Shown one piece after another: positions 37,601 to 47,872 of a stretch of DNA of 64,000 nucleotides; position 1 is the first letter of the stretch, and each line of letters opens with the position of its first letter. The DNA is from Polyangiaceae bacterium. GTDB lineage: Bacteria > Myxococcota_A > Polyangia > Polyangiales > Polyangiaceae. Location of the stretch: assembly GCA_033763455.1 (NCBI GenBank), contig JANRKO010000019.1, positions 179,084 through 243,083 on the forward strand. Direction: 5' to 3'. The notes under the pieces were generated by a model. That model was not told the DNA's origin and did not search any database. It saw only the letters and a list, made by a program, of their open reading frames with translations. Made by a program: the position numbers and the translations under genes.

Positions 37601-40600
37601 CTTCGGCGGCGGCCTCGAACGCTGATTCAACGAACTCCTGAGCGCGTGTGGCATCTTCCCTTTGTTCGGCGATAGCAGCTAGATCGAGCAAGCTTTCCAC
37701 GCGTGTTGGGCTATTGGGCCCTGTTTCTCTCCCAATGATGAGCAAGAGCCCGCGGTATTGGCGCTCGGCGCGCTCAAGCTGCCCTTCTTCAAATGCCAAT
37801 CGAGCGAGCGCGTACAGAACTTCTGGGTGTGCCGGGTCGATCTTAGAGGCCTTATCGAGCTCCCCGAGCGCCTCTGCGCGTTGCCCCCGAGCGAGGCTCA
37901 CTTTGGCGAGCTGATAGTGCACCAATGCGCGTTCTTTGGGCCGCCGCGCTCCGTAGCGTTCAATTTGCTCCCGCAGCACTTCCATGGCTGCATCGAAACG
38001 CTCCGCGCGCAAGAGCGCATCCGAAAGCGACAACCGAAGCCTGTAGTCATCAGGCTCTAGCGCCAATGCCTGCTCAAGCAGCGGTACGGCTTCACCCGGT
38101 CGCTGGCGTTCTTCGACGTGCAAGCGGGCAGCCTCCGTGAGGCACTGCAAGCGAACCGCTGGCTTTTCTGCGCGTTCAGCCTCCTCCGAAAGGAGCACTG
38201 CCAACCGATCCCAGTCTTTGTCTTCGCGATAAAGCTCTGCGAGCCGAGTCCGAACCTCGCCCGCATCGATGGCTCGACTTCCCGCCTGCTCAAGGCGTGC
38301 GCGTGCGTCACGCCGCCGATTGCATGAGACGTAAGCGTTGGCCAGCGCGAGCGCCCGCCCCGCGAGAGTTTCCCTCGGCGACTGGGCACAGAGCCACTCC
38401 AACACCTGTGCCGCTTGAGCGTGCTCTCCCTGTTGGGTGTAGATCCGTGAAAGTGCCACGAGGCTACTTTCACCCCCGAGCGCAGCCCCTCGCCGATAGT
38501 TGGCGATGGCGCGGTCAACGTCTGTAAGCTTGTGTTCGGCCAGTTCGCCGGCGCGCGCCCAGAGCAAGGCAGCTCCAGCGCGATCGAGAACGCGCTCCTT
38601 GCACTCGGCTTGCTGCTCCCAGAGGCTGGTAACCTCCGTGTCCAAACCTTGCGCAGCAAGCAAGGCTGCCAACCTGGAAACCGAGGCGGCAGCCACCTCG
38701 TCCGCCGGATCCTCGGCGAAAAGCTCCCGGAGAAGCTGAGTGGCGGCCTTGGGGTCGGAAAGCCTGTCTGAATACAAACACGCCGCCTCCTGCTTGAGTT
38801 GGCGCTTGCGGCTTGCCAAAAACGGTAACTTCGATCCCCGAAGTAGAAGGTCCACAACGTACGTGTGATTACCCTCCTCAAGACCTCGCTCGCGCAGTTC
38901 TTCGATCGCTCGGTCTACGGTCCGTGCCGGGGCACTTTGAGCGTCGCCCTCTTCTAGGGTCCATGCCGACATCGCCAACTGCATCAGCTTCTCAAGAAGC
39001 GTTCGCGTAAGCTCTCTATCGGCTCGACTCGCACCGGCAACCTCACGTGCCGTTTGCCAATCGTGGCCTTGCACAAAGGCTTCAATCGCGCGTTCTGGCT
39101 CCAACGTACGCTCATTGTGGATAGCGCCAAGGTGGCGATAGAGCTCTGCTTTTCGCGACGCCTCAGCTTCCCCTTCGGCTTCGCTGCGCACCAGCTCCGC
39201 AAGGTCTCGGTATTGACCCTGGGCGGACAAGAGGGCGTGCAAAGCTCTGTAGTTCTCAGCGTCGCGGCCATGATCAGCACGCACCCTTCGCCAGGTGGCA
39301 ATGGCACTAGCTGCGTCATCACACTTCTCGGCGTAAATCCGAGCCACCCAAATGGCGTCTCGCTTGGCCGCCGCGGCGCTCTCCGGAGCCAGAATTCTTG
39401 CGCCCAAGGCTTCGATGAGCTCTCGGTGCCTCGGAGTCGCCGCAAGTGCTTCCACCAAACCATCTTGCGCCACTCGATCTTTGGGACCGAGCGCCAAACG
39501 CCGTCTCCAGTTATCTACTGCCCGATCTGGATCCGAAAGCACATCCATCGCCAGACGTGCCGCCACACCGAGCGCTGCCACCTTGCGATCTGCCTCCACT
39601 TCCAACGCCGCAAGCTTCTCCAGAACCATACAACGTTCTTCGAAACGGCCCTCCGCCTCCAACATCGCATCCAGCTCTCTAGCCGCAAGGAGTGCAGCTT
39701 TCGGCTCAGCCTCCGCCTGTGCCAACACTTCGAAGTACAGCTCAATCGCTAGCGGCCGTTGCCCCAATTTTTCGTAGGCACACCGCGCCGCCATAGAAAG
39801 GTGCACCACAGCTAGCGCGTGGTCCGTTTCTCTTCGCCCGACCTCGACATGAACGCTCACCTGGGCTTCAAAAGAACCCAAACGTTCCGCAAGCTTGGCA
39901 AAAAGTGCCCGTAGCTCTGCGTCTTCGGGACACTTCCGTACGAGCTCAGCAACGTTCTCGAAAGCCCCCTGAGCGTCATCCAGACGCTCAAGGCGCACCT
40001 CGACGAGGCGCCTTAGGCGCTGAACACGCAGGGGGATCGACTCCGCTGTGTCCACAAGAACTTCGAGCATTTCCACTACGCGCTGATCTTGCTTCTGCGC
40101 ATCGTAATGGGTCGAAAGAAGCTCGGCGCAGCGCTCTTTTACAGCGCGAGGGTCGGCCGGAGCATCTTTATCCGTTCCGCTCGAAACACCGGTAGCGGCA
40201 CCAGTGCCTCCAGGTGCGGCGGGAGACAAGCCAACGAGGCGCTCAAGGAGCGCATAGGCTTCGGGCTCGTTGGCGTCGGCCTCGATGATCTTCCGAATAT
40301 ATGCAAATGCCGGAAGGGGTTCGCCGAGATCCATGAACAAGCTGGCGATGCGAGCTCTCAGAATCTGAGCGAGTGCGGGGTCGGCAACTTCGAGGCGGTG
40401 CTCACAGAGGGCAATGAGTGGCCGCTGTTGATTATTTCTTTCATACAGGCGCTCCAACGCGAGTTCGACGCGGGCATCGCGAGGAATGAGCTCGTTCAAC
40501 AATTCAAAGTAATAAATGGCGCGCTCCGCGTTACCCGCGAAATCCTTGGCTGCCATTGCCGCCTCGCGCAGCACCTCGGCACTTTCCTCGGTGGATTTTG

Positions 40601-43600
40601 CAGCGTTGAGCGCCCAATCATAAAGTTGGAATAGATCTTCCCAACGCCCACTTGAATTGAACACCAACTTCAAGCGATCGGAGGCCCAGACCGCACTCGG
40701 GCACAGCTCAAGCACCCTTCGCAAAAGCGCAATGACTCGCTCTGCGTCGTCGAACCACTCCTCGTAGAAGTTAACAATACGTTCGCCCAAGCTTTCCGCG
40801 ACTTCAGGCAATAGGTCGCCGGCGATAGTTGCGGCGTAGGCCTCGGCTAATGGCCCGGGATCATGCAGCTTCTGAGCGCAGTGCTCCGCTGCTTCCCAAA
40901 GCTCAGTGTCAACCTTGGCGTCCTTGGCAGCAGCCAGCGAAAGCTCGTAGAGCTTCGGATCGTCGTCAGGGCGAAGCTCAATAATCTTCTTAATCCAACG
41001 CTTGCGCGCATCTCGGAGCTCCCCCATTCCCTCGCTCATACTAAGCAGCACTCCGAGGACCTCGCAGTGGGTGGCGTCGTCTTCCGAACTTTCAGCGACG
41101 TGTTCGAGAAGCTCTGCCGCCGCGACCTGGCTGTCGCGAAAAGTGAGTGCCTTGTGCACAATCCGTAACGCTTCGGGGTGTTTGGGCTGAGCTTGGAGAA
41201 TGGGCCCCACGAGCTCGAGCGCTGATTCGGGCTTGCGGAGCTGATCCATCAAAATTGCGGCCATCTCCAACTCGAGAGTTACGCGTTGCTCACCATCTGT
41301 GCGCAGGCGCAGCTTTTCAAGGCTGCTCAATGCACCCTTGAAATCGCCTTGTTCCACCTTGAGGGCCGCTAGGTGCTGGAGGGCATCTACCCGCTCCGGG
41401 TCGATACCAAGCACACGTTGGTAAAGTTCCATTGCGCGGTTAGGCTCACCAAACCGCTCTTGCTCGGTATCCGCCCAGTCGAGCAGGATCCCCACGGGTT
41501 CGCTCGCACGCTCCGCACGCCATTCATACAACCAGCGTTGATCCTCGGCAGCGTGCGGAGTTCCCGATTGCTCCAGAAACTGCTGAAAAGCTTCAACATC
41601 GGCGGGAGTGCCATCGGTTTCAAGCAACTCACGGTAGAGCGCGGCGGCCTCCTCCGCTCGCTCCGGATCGCTGGCAAGCGCGCGAGCTTTTGCTGAAAGC
41701 AGCTGGTGGTGCTGCCCTGGCTCAAGGTCACCCTTCAGGGCCGAATCCACCAACTGAACGAAGGTTGTGAGCGCCCCCGCTTGAACCAGGCGGGCTTCCA
41801 ACCCGAGCAAGATAGGAAGCCAATCCCGCACCGTACATGCTGCCAAAAGGGCCGTAAGCGCTGCGGGGAGCTTTTCGTGGGAGCCGCTCTTCGCGTAGAG
41901 GTCAATCAGGCGTTCGGCGGCCGAACGTTGCTTGGGCGCAATATTCAAGACGTGTTCGTACATGCGCCGCGCACGCCCAGTGTCAGCGGCTAGCCCTTCA
42001 CAGAGCTCAGCACCGCGCATCCAAGCCTCGACAGCCGCACGCACGTCGAGGAGCTTTTCCGCGAGCACCTGCCCTAGGCGTTCTAAGATGTCCGCTTGTG
42101 TCGAGGCATCCGCCGTGCCGTGCAGCCTCTGTTCAAGCGCACCGCGAACGAGGTCCGGGCGGCCGTATTCACGTGCTAGCTCCTCTATGCGCTCCAACAC
42201 TTCGTCGCCGACATCGGACGTTTCCATCAGTCGTTGGTAGTGTTCGAGAGCCTTGCCGGGGAACTTCTGGAGCTCAGCCACACGCGCCAGACGGAGCAGC
42301 GTCTTGTGTTTTCGTTCCGCCGTTACGTGTGGCAGAAGCGCTTCCAACTGATCGTAGACGAGCTCCAGTTCATCCGCTTCCGAGTAGAGCTCAATCAAGG
42401 CTTGGTGTGCGGCAATATCCGCGTCGTCCTCGGCCAACGCGCGTTGCCAGGTAAGAATGGCGGCTGCTTGATTGCCGAGCTCCCGGTGCTCAAGCGTCGC
42501 AATTGAATGCAAGAGCTCCTTCCGCCGTCCTGGCTCTTGCTCCTGTTCAAGTGCGGTGCTGTAGAGCGCCATTCGATCGCTTGGATTGCCCTGGGAGACC
42601 AATAAACGATCGATCCGCTCCAACAGATCTCGAGAAGCGGGTGCGAACTCCAGAGCTCGTCGATACACCTCAACGGCCGCATCTAGCTCCGAAGCGTTCG
42701 CGAGCGCCTCACCGGTCAGACGACAAAGTTCCAACATGTCGTCGCTCTGAACCGCGTGCTTCCCGAGAGCGTGGCTCAGCACCTGCGCCTTGGCCGCAGC
42801 CGAACCAACCACGTCCGCCAAACGCGTGACGCGCTCTAGCCAGGAGGGGATCCCCTGCCCCATTTCGACAGCCAGGTTGAGGCCTTGCCCTGCCAAATCT
42901 AGTGCGCGGTCGGGATCTCCAAGGTCCCTTTGCGCGAGGGTCATGGCCTCGTACAAGGCTTCAAAGCGAGCATGAAGATCCGCTTCGAGCTTGCCTCGGA
43001 CACTGAGCACTTTTACTAGGCCAGCCGCCGCCGCTTCCGAACGGTAAATAGGCTCCAAAATATCGGCTGCCGCAAGCTCAGCGCCTTCGGTGAATAGCAG
43101 CCGTTCCAACAGCACGCGCGAAGCGCGGTGAGCGGAATCAATAGACAAGGCTGCGCCAAGTGCGGCCAAGGCGCCACGCACATCTTCCAGACGCGCATGC
43201 TTCACCTGGGCCAAGCGCGATAAATAATCTGGCTTCTGCTCGTCATCTACGCAGGAAATCAATTGTTCGAGCGTCTGGGCCAAGCGGGGCCACTCTTGCA
43301 GCTGTTCGAGCAACGGCACCATGCGTTCCAAAACGGGCTGACGCGGACCATATTTGGAGAGCACCTGGGACCAGACTTCCAGCGCGACGCTCTGATCGTG
43401 CTGGTGCTGGGTTCGAAGCTCCGCCGCTGCAAACGCGAGGTCTCTGGCCTTCTCAGGGTCTAAGGAACGTTCCGCCCTAAACGCGAGAACATCTGCTTGG
43501 CCTTCTTTAGAATCAATGCGCGCGTAAATCTCCTCCAGGCGCCCCAAAGCCTCATCTGTCCACTCCGAGCCCAGCAGAGCTCTCCATGCACCGAGCGAGC

Positions 43601-45065
43601 GCTCTGCGGCTACATTTTCGCCATCGTAGAGGCGGGTGAGCCGACGGGCAGCCGTCTGGCGCACTGTCTGATCTGGCTCCAGCTTAACAACAAGTTCAAG
43701 CGCAGCTCCCAGGCCTTTGGTGTCGCCGGCTTCACCGCAAAGTTCGACCAAATGGCGCGATGCCGCCAAAATGGCCTCTTCACCCTGACCACCCTCAATT
43801 ACCTGCTGAAACGTGCCTTGTGCGCGCCGACTGTCCCCCGTCTTGAGGTAGAGCTTGCCAACGTCCACTCCGATGCGCGCCCGCACACCGGGCTCACGCG
43901 TAGTCTGAAGCGCCCTCGCCAGGAGCAATGCCGCCTCCTTGGGCTGATCTAGCTCTAAGCTCAAAGCCACATAACGTTGCCGAAGCTCGTCATCGCCCGG
44001 GCCCGCCGATACTACCGGGGCTAACAGCTCCAACGCGCCGCCCTTATCGCCTAAGGTATCTTGCCTAAGGATCGCCAGACGCCGCTGAACATCCAAACGG
44101 CGAGAACCTTTTACAAGCTTGAGCTCCATGGTGAGCATGGCGATCGCACTCGTAGTATCCCCTGCACTCTCGTACGCGTCTGAGAGTGCGGCGGCCGCTC
44201 GCTGCGCTACTGAGCGATTCTCAAGCAACGCTTCGGTCACCGTAATTGCCGCGTGGTGCGTCGGATCCGAGCGCAACAAAGCCTCCAAGTGGGCGATGGC
44301 CTCCTTAGGCTCTTTGACCTGGTGGATGTACAAATCCACCAGCCGTTCGTGGATACTCCGAATATCGGCGTCAGAAGGTGGTGGTTGTGATAGCAGCTTT
44401 TCCTCAAGCAGCTTGGCCGCGTCGCGGAAACGAGCTGCCACTATCAATCGCTCAATCAGCTCTTCCTTAGCGCGGTCGCTGTCGGGCTCCACTTGCACCC
44501 ACGCGTGCAAGATCTTGAGCGCTAAGTCATGCGCCAAGGGTCGGTCGACCACTAGCGAAGCAGCTCGCTTGAGTAACGGGATCTTGTTGGCGTCGTCTTT
44601 TTCGGCTCGGCTCGCTTCGAAATACAGGAGCGCCAATTCCTCAGTTTTTTCAGCTTCGCCGAGCAGACGCTCCAACAACTGAAAGGCTTCCGGATGCCCT
44701 GGAATGGCAGCAAGTGCGAGCTCTGCATAGCGCGTGGCACCGGGAAGGTCTCCGAACATGTCGCCAACAAACGCAGCCGCACGCAGGAAGAGGTAAGCGC
44801 GCTGTTCAGCAGCAAGGATCTTGATACGGCGATCGGAAGCGAGGCGCTCGTAGGCTAACGCAAGATCCGCTGCCTTGTCCTCGCGGAGAGTAGCCTGGTG
44901 CAAGCGCTCCCAGACCTCGTTCGGTTGGTGGCCCTTGGCAACAGCTGTTACCAGGACGTCGAGTGCCTCAGCCGGACTCGTGAGTGTGCTCTCTAAAAGG
45001 TCGCCGAGCTCTTCTACGCGTTGTAGGAAAGCATCGGTGCCTCGTACTCTTGTTGGTGACGACAT
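34611..45065 (-). CDS. Giant (~3,480 aa) TPR/alpha-solenoid repeat protein, myxobacterial type
   Basis: Uninterrupted ORF of helical repeats (A---Y--AL--DP----AL--L-ELY); no signal peptide or TM segment. Start ATG 45065 (ORF extends to 45146). Confidence 0.85.
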   Translation of the reverse strand: MSSPTRVRGTDAFLQRVEELGDLLESTLTSPAEALDVLVTAVAKGHQPNEVWERLHQATLREDKAADLALAYERLASDRRIKILAAEQRAYLFLRAAAFVGDMFGDLPGATRYAELALAAIPGHPEAFQLLERLLGEAEKTEELALLYFEASRAEKDDANKIPLLKRAASLVVDRPLAHDLALKILHAWVQVEPDSDRAKEELIERLIVAARFRDAAKLLEEKLLSQPPPSDADIRSIHERLVDLYIHQVKEPKEAIAHLEALLRSDPTHHAAITVTEALLENRSVAQRAAAALSDAYESAGDTTSAIAMLTMELKLVKGSRRLDVQRRLAILRQDTLGDKGGALELLAPVVSAGPGDDELRQRYVALSLELDQPKEAALLLARALQTTREPGVRARIGVDVGKLYLKTGDSRRAQGTFQQVIEGGQGEEAILAASRHLVELCGEAGDTKGLGAALELVVKLEPDQTVRQTAARRLTRLYDGENVAAERSLGAWRALLGSEWTDEALGRLEEIYARIDSKEGQADVLAFRAERSLDPEKARDLAFAAAELRTQHQHDQSVALEVWSQVLSKYGPRQPVLERMVPLLEQLQEWPRLAQTLEQLISCVDDEQKPDYLSRLAQVKHARLEDVRGALAALGAALSIDSAHRASRVLLERLLFTEGAELAAADILEPIYRSEAAAAGLVKVLSVRGKLEADLHARFEALYEAMTLAQRDLGDPDRALDLAGQGLNLAVEMGQGIPSWLERVTRLADVVGSAAAKAQVLSHALGKHAVQSDDMLELCRLTGEALANASELDAAVEVYRRALEFAPASRDLLERIDRLLVSQGNPSDRMALYSTALEQEQEPGRRKELLHSIATLEHRELGNQAAAILTWQRALAEDDADIAAHQALIELYSEADELELVYDQLEALLPHVTAERKHKTLLRLARVAELQKFPGKALEHYQRLMETSDVGDEVLERIEELAREYGRPDLVRGALEQRLHGTADASTQADILERLGQVLAEKLLDVRAAVEAWMRGAELCEGLAADTGRARRMYEHVLNIAPKQRSAAERLIDLYAKSGSHEKLPAALTALLAACTVRDWLPILLGLEARLVQAGALTTFVQLVDSALKGDLEPGQHHQLLSAKARALASDPERAEEAAALYRELLETDGTPADVEAFQQFLEQSGTPHAAEDQRWLYEWRAERASEPVGILLDWADTEQERFGEPNRAMELYQRVLGIDPERVDALQHLAALKVEQGDFKGALSSLEKLRLRTDGEQRVTLELEMAAILMDQLRKPESALELVGPILQAQPKHPEALRIVHKALTFRDSQVAAAELLEHVAESSEDDATHCEVLGVLLSMSEGMGELRDARKRWIKKIIELRPDDDPKLYELSLAAAKDAKVDTELWEAAEHCAQKLHDPGPLAEAYAATIAGDLLPEVAESLGERIVNFYEEWFDDAERVIALLRRVLELCPSAVWASDRLKLVFNSSGRWEDLFQLYDWALNAAKSTEESAEVLREAAMAAKDFAGNAERAIYYFELLNELIPRDARVELALERLYERNNQQRPLIALCEHRLEVADPALAQILRARIASLFMDLGEPLPAFAYIRKIIEADANEPEAYALLERLVGLSPAAPGGTGAATGVSSGTDKDAPADPRAVKERCAELLSTHYDAQKQDQRVVEMLEVLVDTAESIPLRVQRLRRLVEVRLERLDDAQGAFENVAELVRKCPEDAELRALFAKLAERLGSFEAQVSVHVEVGRRETDHALAVVHLSMAARCAYEKLGQRPLAIELYFEVLAQAEAEPKAALLAARELDAMLEAEGRFEERCMVLEKLAALEVEADRKVAALGVAARLAMDVLSDPDRAVDNWRRRLALGPKDRVAQDGLVEALAATPRHRELIEALGARILAPESAAAAKRDAIWVARIYAEKCDDAASAIATWRRVRADHGRDAENYRALHALLSAQGQYRDLAELVRSEAEGEAEASRKAELYRHLGAIHNERTLEPERAIEAFVQGHDWQTAREVAGASRADRELTRTLLEKLMQLAMSAWTLEEGDAQSAPARTVDRAIEELRERGLEEGNHTYVVDLLLRGSKLPFLASRKRQLKQEAACLYSDRLSDPKAATQLLRELFAEDPADEVAAASVSRLAALLAAQGLDTEVTSLWEQQAECKERVLDRAGAALLWARAGELAEHKLTDVDRAIANYRRGAALGGESSLVALSRIYTQQGEHAQAAQVLEWLCAQSPRETLAGRALALANAYVSCNRRRDARARLEQAGSRAIDAGEVRTRLAELYREDKDWDRLAVLLSEEAERAEKPAVRLQCLTEAARLHVEERQRPGEAVPLLEQALALEPDDYRLRLSLSDALLRAERFDAAMEVLREQIERYGARRPKERALVHYQLAKVSLARGQRAEALGELDKASKIDPAHPEVLYALARLAFEEGQLERAERQYRGLLLIIGRETGPNSPTRVESLLDLAAIAEQREDATRAQEFVESAFEAAAEDPREAKALERALQQRGQRQLLVRALRSTLERSNSPLDAITALAQLAELLRETPGQLEAALPELTRRALTLQEQLERNTPNDFGAWSALGRAFEAFGDSDAESRILERRVRAALASGEVALDAEPFYRLAELKLSEKGSVPSGLELLEKALSLTFDPVRAIEILKRTHNLGATDLGSARIIERLTKTLNDPPTRLAALHTIVRFEPENEEAAREAYKLAIQCNDAAQAEAILRTALSVDTRVLKPEFVGFAMLRLAKICEASGRTHEALVLREKAIPFQDAERAPKLRRAVAEAAVAANDLERAVRNYEILRQANPQDREVWEPLLSAYRTLGNTEKLVTLLSATIPLATTQEDRARLRLEEANVLLSEPGREEEAIAGLKQVLSEDSRQVDAALLLSKVLEKLGRLDELTELLNLQLEGAKRRAHLTSILSLSMRLGDLLERQARPTDALLAYQTVLDFDKSSAPALGAVLRLSTTHGNTGLMAEALEGLLKSERGPRAEALCEQLHTLRIERGEDELALEALELGFEACPMSSRILADLVESHRRRGNASAMVRVLGRAFQERPDDEALLHQLVDAYQAAGQPEAALNLLEPLISASPQRSEWLVLRANILRSMSRDLDALDDLDRANALTGTYGDELASTLELAVGRATAETRPALLLRWIDLLLARGERETAGLWLAELVKESPKDKGALRKLAELEEEAGNFVQAGAAYRKLVTLEEGEALTQTALRLAQVCKKAGRIEDARGALERACAAAPNNELLRENLYRVYAETHAHAELGELLLRDAASAADVSTRLNLMYRAVEHLLEPEGDLGRALSVLKEAQELSPESVPGLVLLARAHAVGGDLVAADNVLTTLIESYRGRRAKVLANVHRERARILLLQEEPREALSAMTQAFEMDLKNYEIAMELGLLALDHHDDELATRAFRTVAMMRTGTEEEEGVSQVVKGEAHFHLAVLAQRQGDPRRAKVLVAKALTENPDLAGAQEFLAQLETV

Positions 45066-45271
45066 GGATTTGGGGAACTTCCAGGCTAACAGAACGCACG
45101 TCCGAGAACGGCACGGAGTGGCGGGTGCGAGAGGGATCGGTCGCACCTTTGCCGACCGCTACTCCCATGCGGCAATCGGAAGCCTCCGGTTAAGGTCGGC
45201 TGAAGAGCCTAGCGTTCCCTCGTACGCAGCGCCTGCGATGAGGCTTCGGCCGGAAGCGTCCCCCAGGAAGC

Positions 45272-45703
45272 TCAGTCTTCTGTCGCGCCGAAAAGCTCAC
45301 GGAAGCGGGTCAAGTCCGAGTCGGACACGTAACCGCCAAGCCCCACGCGCATGGAGATGGTCACGTCGTCTCCCCAGGGCCACCAGAGGCCATACGCAAT
45401 CAGCCGGCCACCGGGCTCAGTAGAATAGAGAACCTGATCGGAGCGGATGCCCCCTGTCGAGTCGGCAATATCCCGCACCGCCTGCGCCGCTGACGCGATG
45501 TTCTTCGTGCTCCACTGGCCTACGAACACATCGCGAATGGCGAGTTGTGCTTCGTCCGTGAGCTCAACAACAAACGAAGAGGCAACACAGCTTAGGCGTC
45601 CGTCCCAACTCCAACCACCCTTGGGCCAGGCTTTACGAAACCGCCCCAAAGACTGGAACAGCAGCTCGGTGGTGCTCGGCTTGGCGTTCATTCCAATAAC
45701 CAT
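45272..45703 (-). CDS. Hypothetical protein (WSWD-R...GG-R-DQ...WWPWGD--TIS-R)
   Basis: Globular composition with Trp-rich motifs; fills the gap between neighbouring genes. Confidence 0.65.
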   Translation of the reverse strand: MVIGMNAKPSTTELLFQSLGRFRKAWPKGGWSWDGRLSCVASSFVVELTDEAQLAIRDVFVGQWSTKNIASAAQAVRDIADSTGGIRSDQVLYSTEPGGRLIAYGLWWPWGDDVTISMRVGLGGYVSDSDLTRFRELFGATED

Positions 45704-45770
45704 AGCCTGGATCCTACGTGCCGGTCACCGCCCGATTGCCGATTCTTTGTTGCAGATCTAGCGTGTGCGC

Positions 45771-47033
45771 ATGCAGCCATCCTCGAACCAGTCCACGCCA
45801 GGGGCTTTCCGCCCCGTGCCGCGTACCGGGGTTATTTACGTAAGCACCGAGGCCGAGAAAGCGGGCTACCGATCCGGCAGCCCGGACTGGTGCAACCTGG
45901 GCCAAGGTCAGCCTGAGACTGGCCTCCTTGAAGGCGCGCCACCGCGTGTGGGGAGCGTTACCTGCTCGGTGGATGACCTTGAATACGCACCGGTGCCGGG
46001 GCTTTGGGAAGTGCGCGAAGCGATCGCCGCACTCTACAACGATCTTTACCGCAAGGGGATGCCGAGCAAGTACACGCCGCACAATGTTTCCCTATCGGGC
46101 GGCGGTCGCGTTTCCATTATGCGAGCCTGCGCTGCAATAGGGCAGATCAATCTCGGCCACTTCTTGCCTGATTACACGGCCTACGAAGAGCTCCTGGGCA
46201 TTTTTCGCCGTTTCACACCGATTCCGATCTTGCTTGAGTCAGAACGCGGCTACGACTTCTCGCTTGAGCAATTGCGCCGAGAGATCCTTGGGCGCGGCCT
46301 CGGCGCTCTGCTGTTGTCGAATCCCTGCAACCCCACGGGTAAGCTCATCGGTGGCAGCGAACTTGAGAGCTGGGTCTCCACAGCGCGTGAGCTCGATTGC
46401 ACACTGATGCTTGATGAGTTCTATTCCCACTACATTTGGAAGGGAAATTCTGAGCTCGTCAGCGCGGCGGCTTACGTGGAAGACGTGGAGCGTGATCCAG
46501 TCGTGATCTTTGACGGCTTGACCAAGAACTGGCGTTACCCAGGCTGGCGAATGACTTGGACCATCGGTCCGCGCAAAGTGATCGATGCAGTGGCAAGTGC
46601 TGGCTCATTTTTGGATGGCGGAGGCTCCCGCCCCATGCAGCGCGCAGCGCTTGGAATATTGAACGAAAAAGACACGCTCGCGGAGACTCACGCGATTGCT
46701 GTTGCTTTTCGCAGGAAGCGCGACCTCTTGATGGACGGTTTGCGCGGGCTCGGGATCCGCTTCGAGCTCGAACCTCAGGGCACCTTCTATTGTTGGGGCA
46801 ACCTTTCAACGTTGCCCCATGGGTTGAACACTGGCGAAGAGTTCTTTCGGAAGGCCTTGGAGAAACAGGTGATAGTGGTGCCAGGGCAATTCTTCGACGT
46901 AGACCCAGGGCAACGCCGGGTGGGTCGGCCCTCGCGCTTCAAGCACCACGCCCGCTTCTCATTTGGTCCCGACGAGGCCACCCTAAAAACCGCGATAGAG
47001 CGGTTGAAGGCCCTGGTTCAAGAACACACCTAA
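45771..47033 (+). CDS. PLP-dependent aminotransferase class I/II
   Basis: NLGQGQPE, Y-PV-G--E-REAIA, LSNPCNPTG, DEFYSHY, DGLTKNWRYPGWR, VVPG-FFD, RFSFG. Confidence 0.9.
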   Translation: MQPSSNQSTPGAFRPVPRTGVIYVSTEAEKAGYRSGSPDWCNLGQGQPETGLLEGAPPRVGSVTCSVDDLEYAPVPGLWEVREAIAALYNDLYRKGMPSKYTPHNVSLSGGGRVSIMRACAAIGQINLGHFLPDYTAYEELLGIFRRFTPIPILLESERGYDFSLEQLRREILGRGLGALLLSNPCNPTGKLIGGSELESWVSTARELDCTLMLDEFYSHYIWKGNSELVSAAAYVEDVERDPVVIFDGLTKNWRYPGWRMTWTIGPRKVIDAVASAGSFLDGGGSRPMQRAALGILNEKDTLAETHAIAVAFRRKRDLLMDGLRGLGIRFELEPQGTFYCWGNLSTLPHGLNTGEEFFRKALEKQVIVVPGQFFDVDPGQRRVGRPSRFKHHARFSFGPDEATLKTAIERLKALVQEHT

Positions 47034-47093
47034 GCTCGATGGCTCGGAGCCGCAGAGGCGCTCCCAACGAGACGGCGGCTCCCGGCTACGGTG

Positions 47094-47516
47094 CTATTCG
47101 GCGGCTCCCGGTTGGCGTAACTCCACCGGATCTAACCCAAGGAAATGGGCGGCCTTTACGTGCTCAGAAGGCTCAAACGCTGCAATCTGCAAAAGACCAC
47201 CACCCGCGAGCGCGCGAACTGCACCTAGCGCATACGGAGAACTTGTGAGCCATGCGACGCGTAGGTCACACTCAGACGCAAGCTGATAAAGCTGTGCACG
47301 CTGAAGCGCGTTGGGCGCCATGTCCCCCGTGCGCGCTAACACGTACACGCGCGACGCCGCCTCCACCCGAACCTGGTGCAAAAAATCATGCCACTGACCA
47401 CGGCTGATCGGCCCGTTTCCGCCGCTTACGCACCAACATACGCCAACGCGTTGAACGCTAAATGGCTCATCCCCTGGGGACGACGGAACTCGAATCGTTT
47501 TCGACGTCGCAAGCAT
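47094..47516 (-). CDS. Small hypothetical protein, possibly STAS/SpoIIAA-like
   Basis: PNALQRAQL...RVAWLTSS----GAV-AL...AFEP-E---A--FL pattern, recalled from myxobacterial STAS-like proteins. Confidence 0.5.
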   Translation of the reverse strand: MLATSKTIRVPSSPGDEPFSVQRVGVCWCVSGGNGPISRGQWHDFLHQVRVEAASRVYVLARTGDMAPNALQRAQLYQLASECDLRVAWLTSSPYALGAVRALAGGGLLQIAAFEPSEHVKAAHFLGLDPVELRQPGAAE

Positions 47517-47872
47517 CCGTGCTGAGTGTGACTATTGCTAGAAGATCGCGTGCGCGCAATGTCTCAATGGGAATTTCCTTGCGCAAATTTTTGGCGATGT
47601 GCGCAATTCAACCGAAGGCTGTTGATAACTTGTGTGCTCACGAGACGTGCGCGAAACAAGCGGGTGTAAGGTTCCTGAAAACTTGCGTTTGGAGAGGAGA
47701 ACACCCGGCGCCCCCGGCGCTGCCGCCTTTACCGCCAAGCACTGAACACAGAGTCAGCGCCAATAGCTGGGCAGCCGGGAGAAGAGGGGCCCGAAACCCC
47801 CGATTTTTTCGATTGAGCATTGCTTAGACCACTGAACGCATGCGATAGGACTTAGCTCTACACGGGTGGTCA

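Noticed and set aside
35035..45423. Many short ORFs overlapping the giant TPR gene
   Set aside because: Antisense or alternate-frame shadows expected in GC-rich DNA; no recognisable motifs.
47620..47628. DnaA-box-like TGTTGATAA suggesting an origin
   Set aside because: A single mismatched box, with no cluster and no dnaA/dnaN context.
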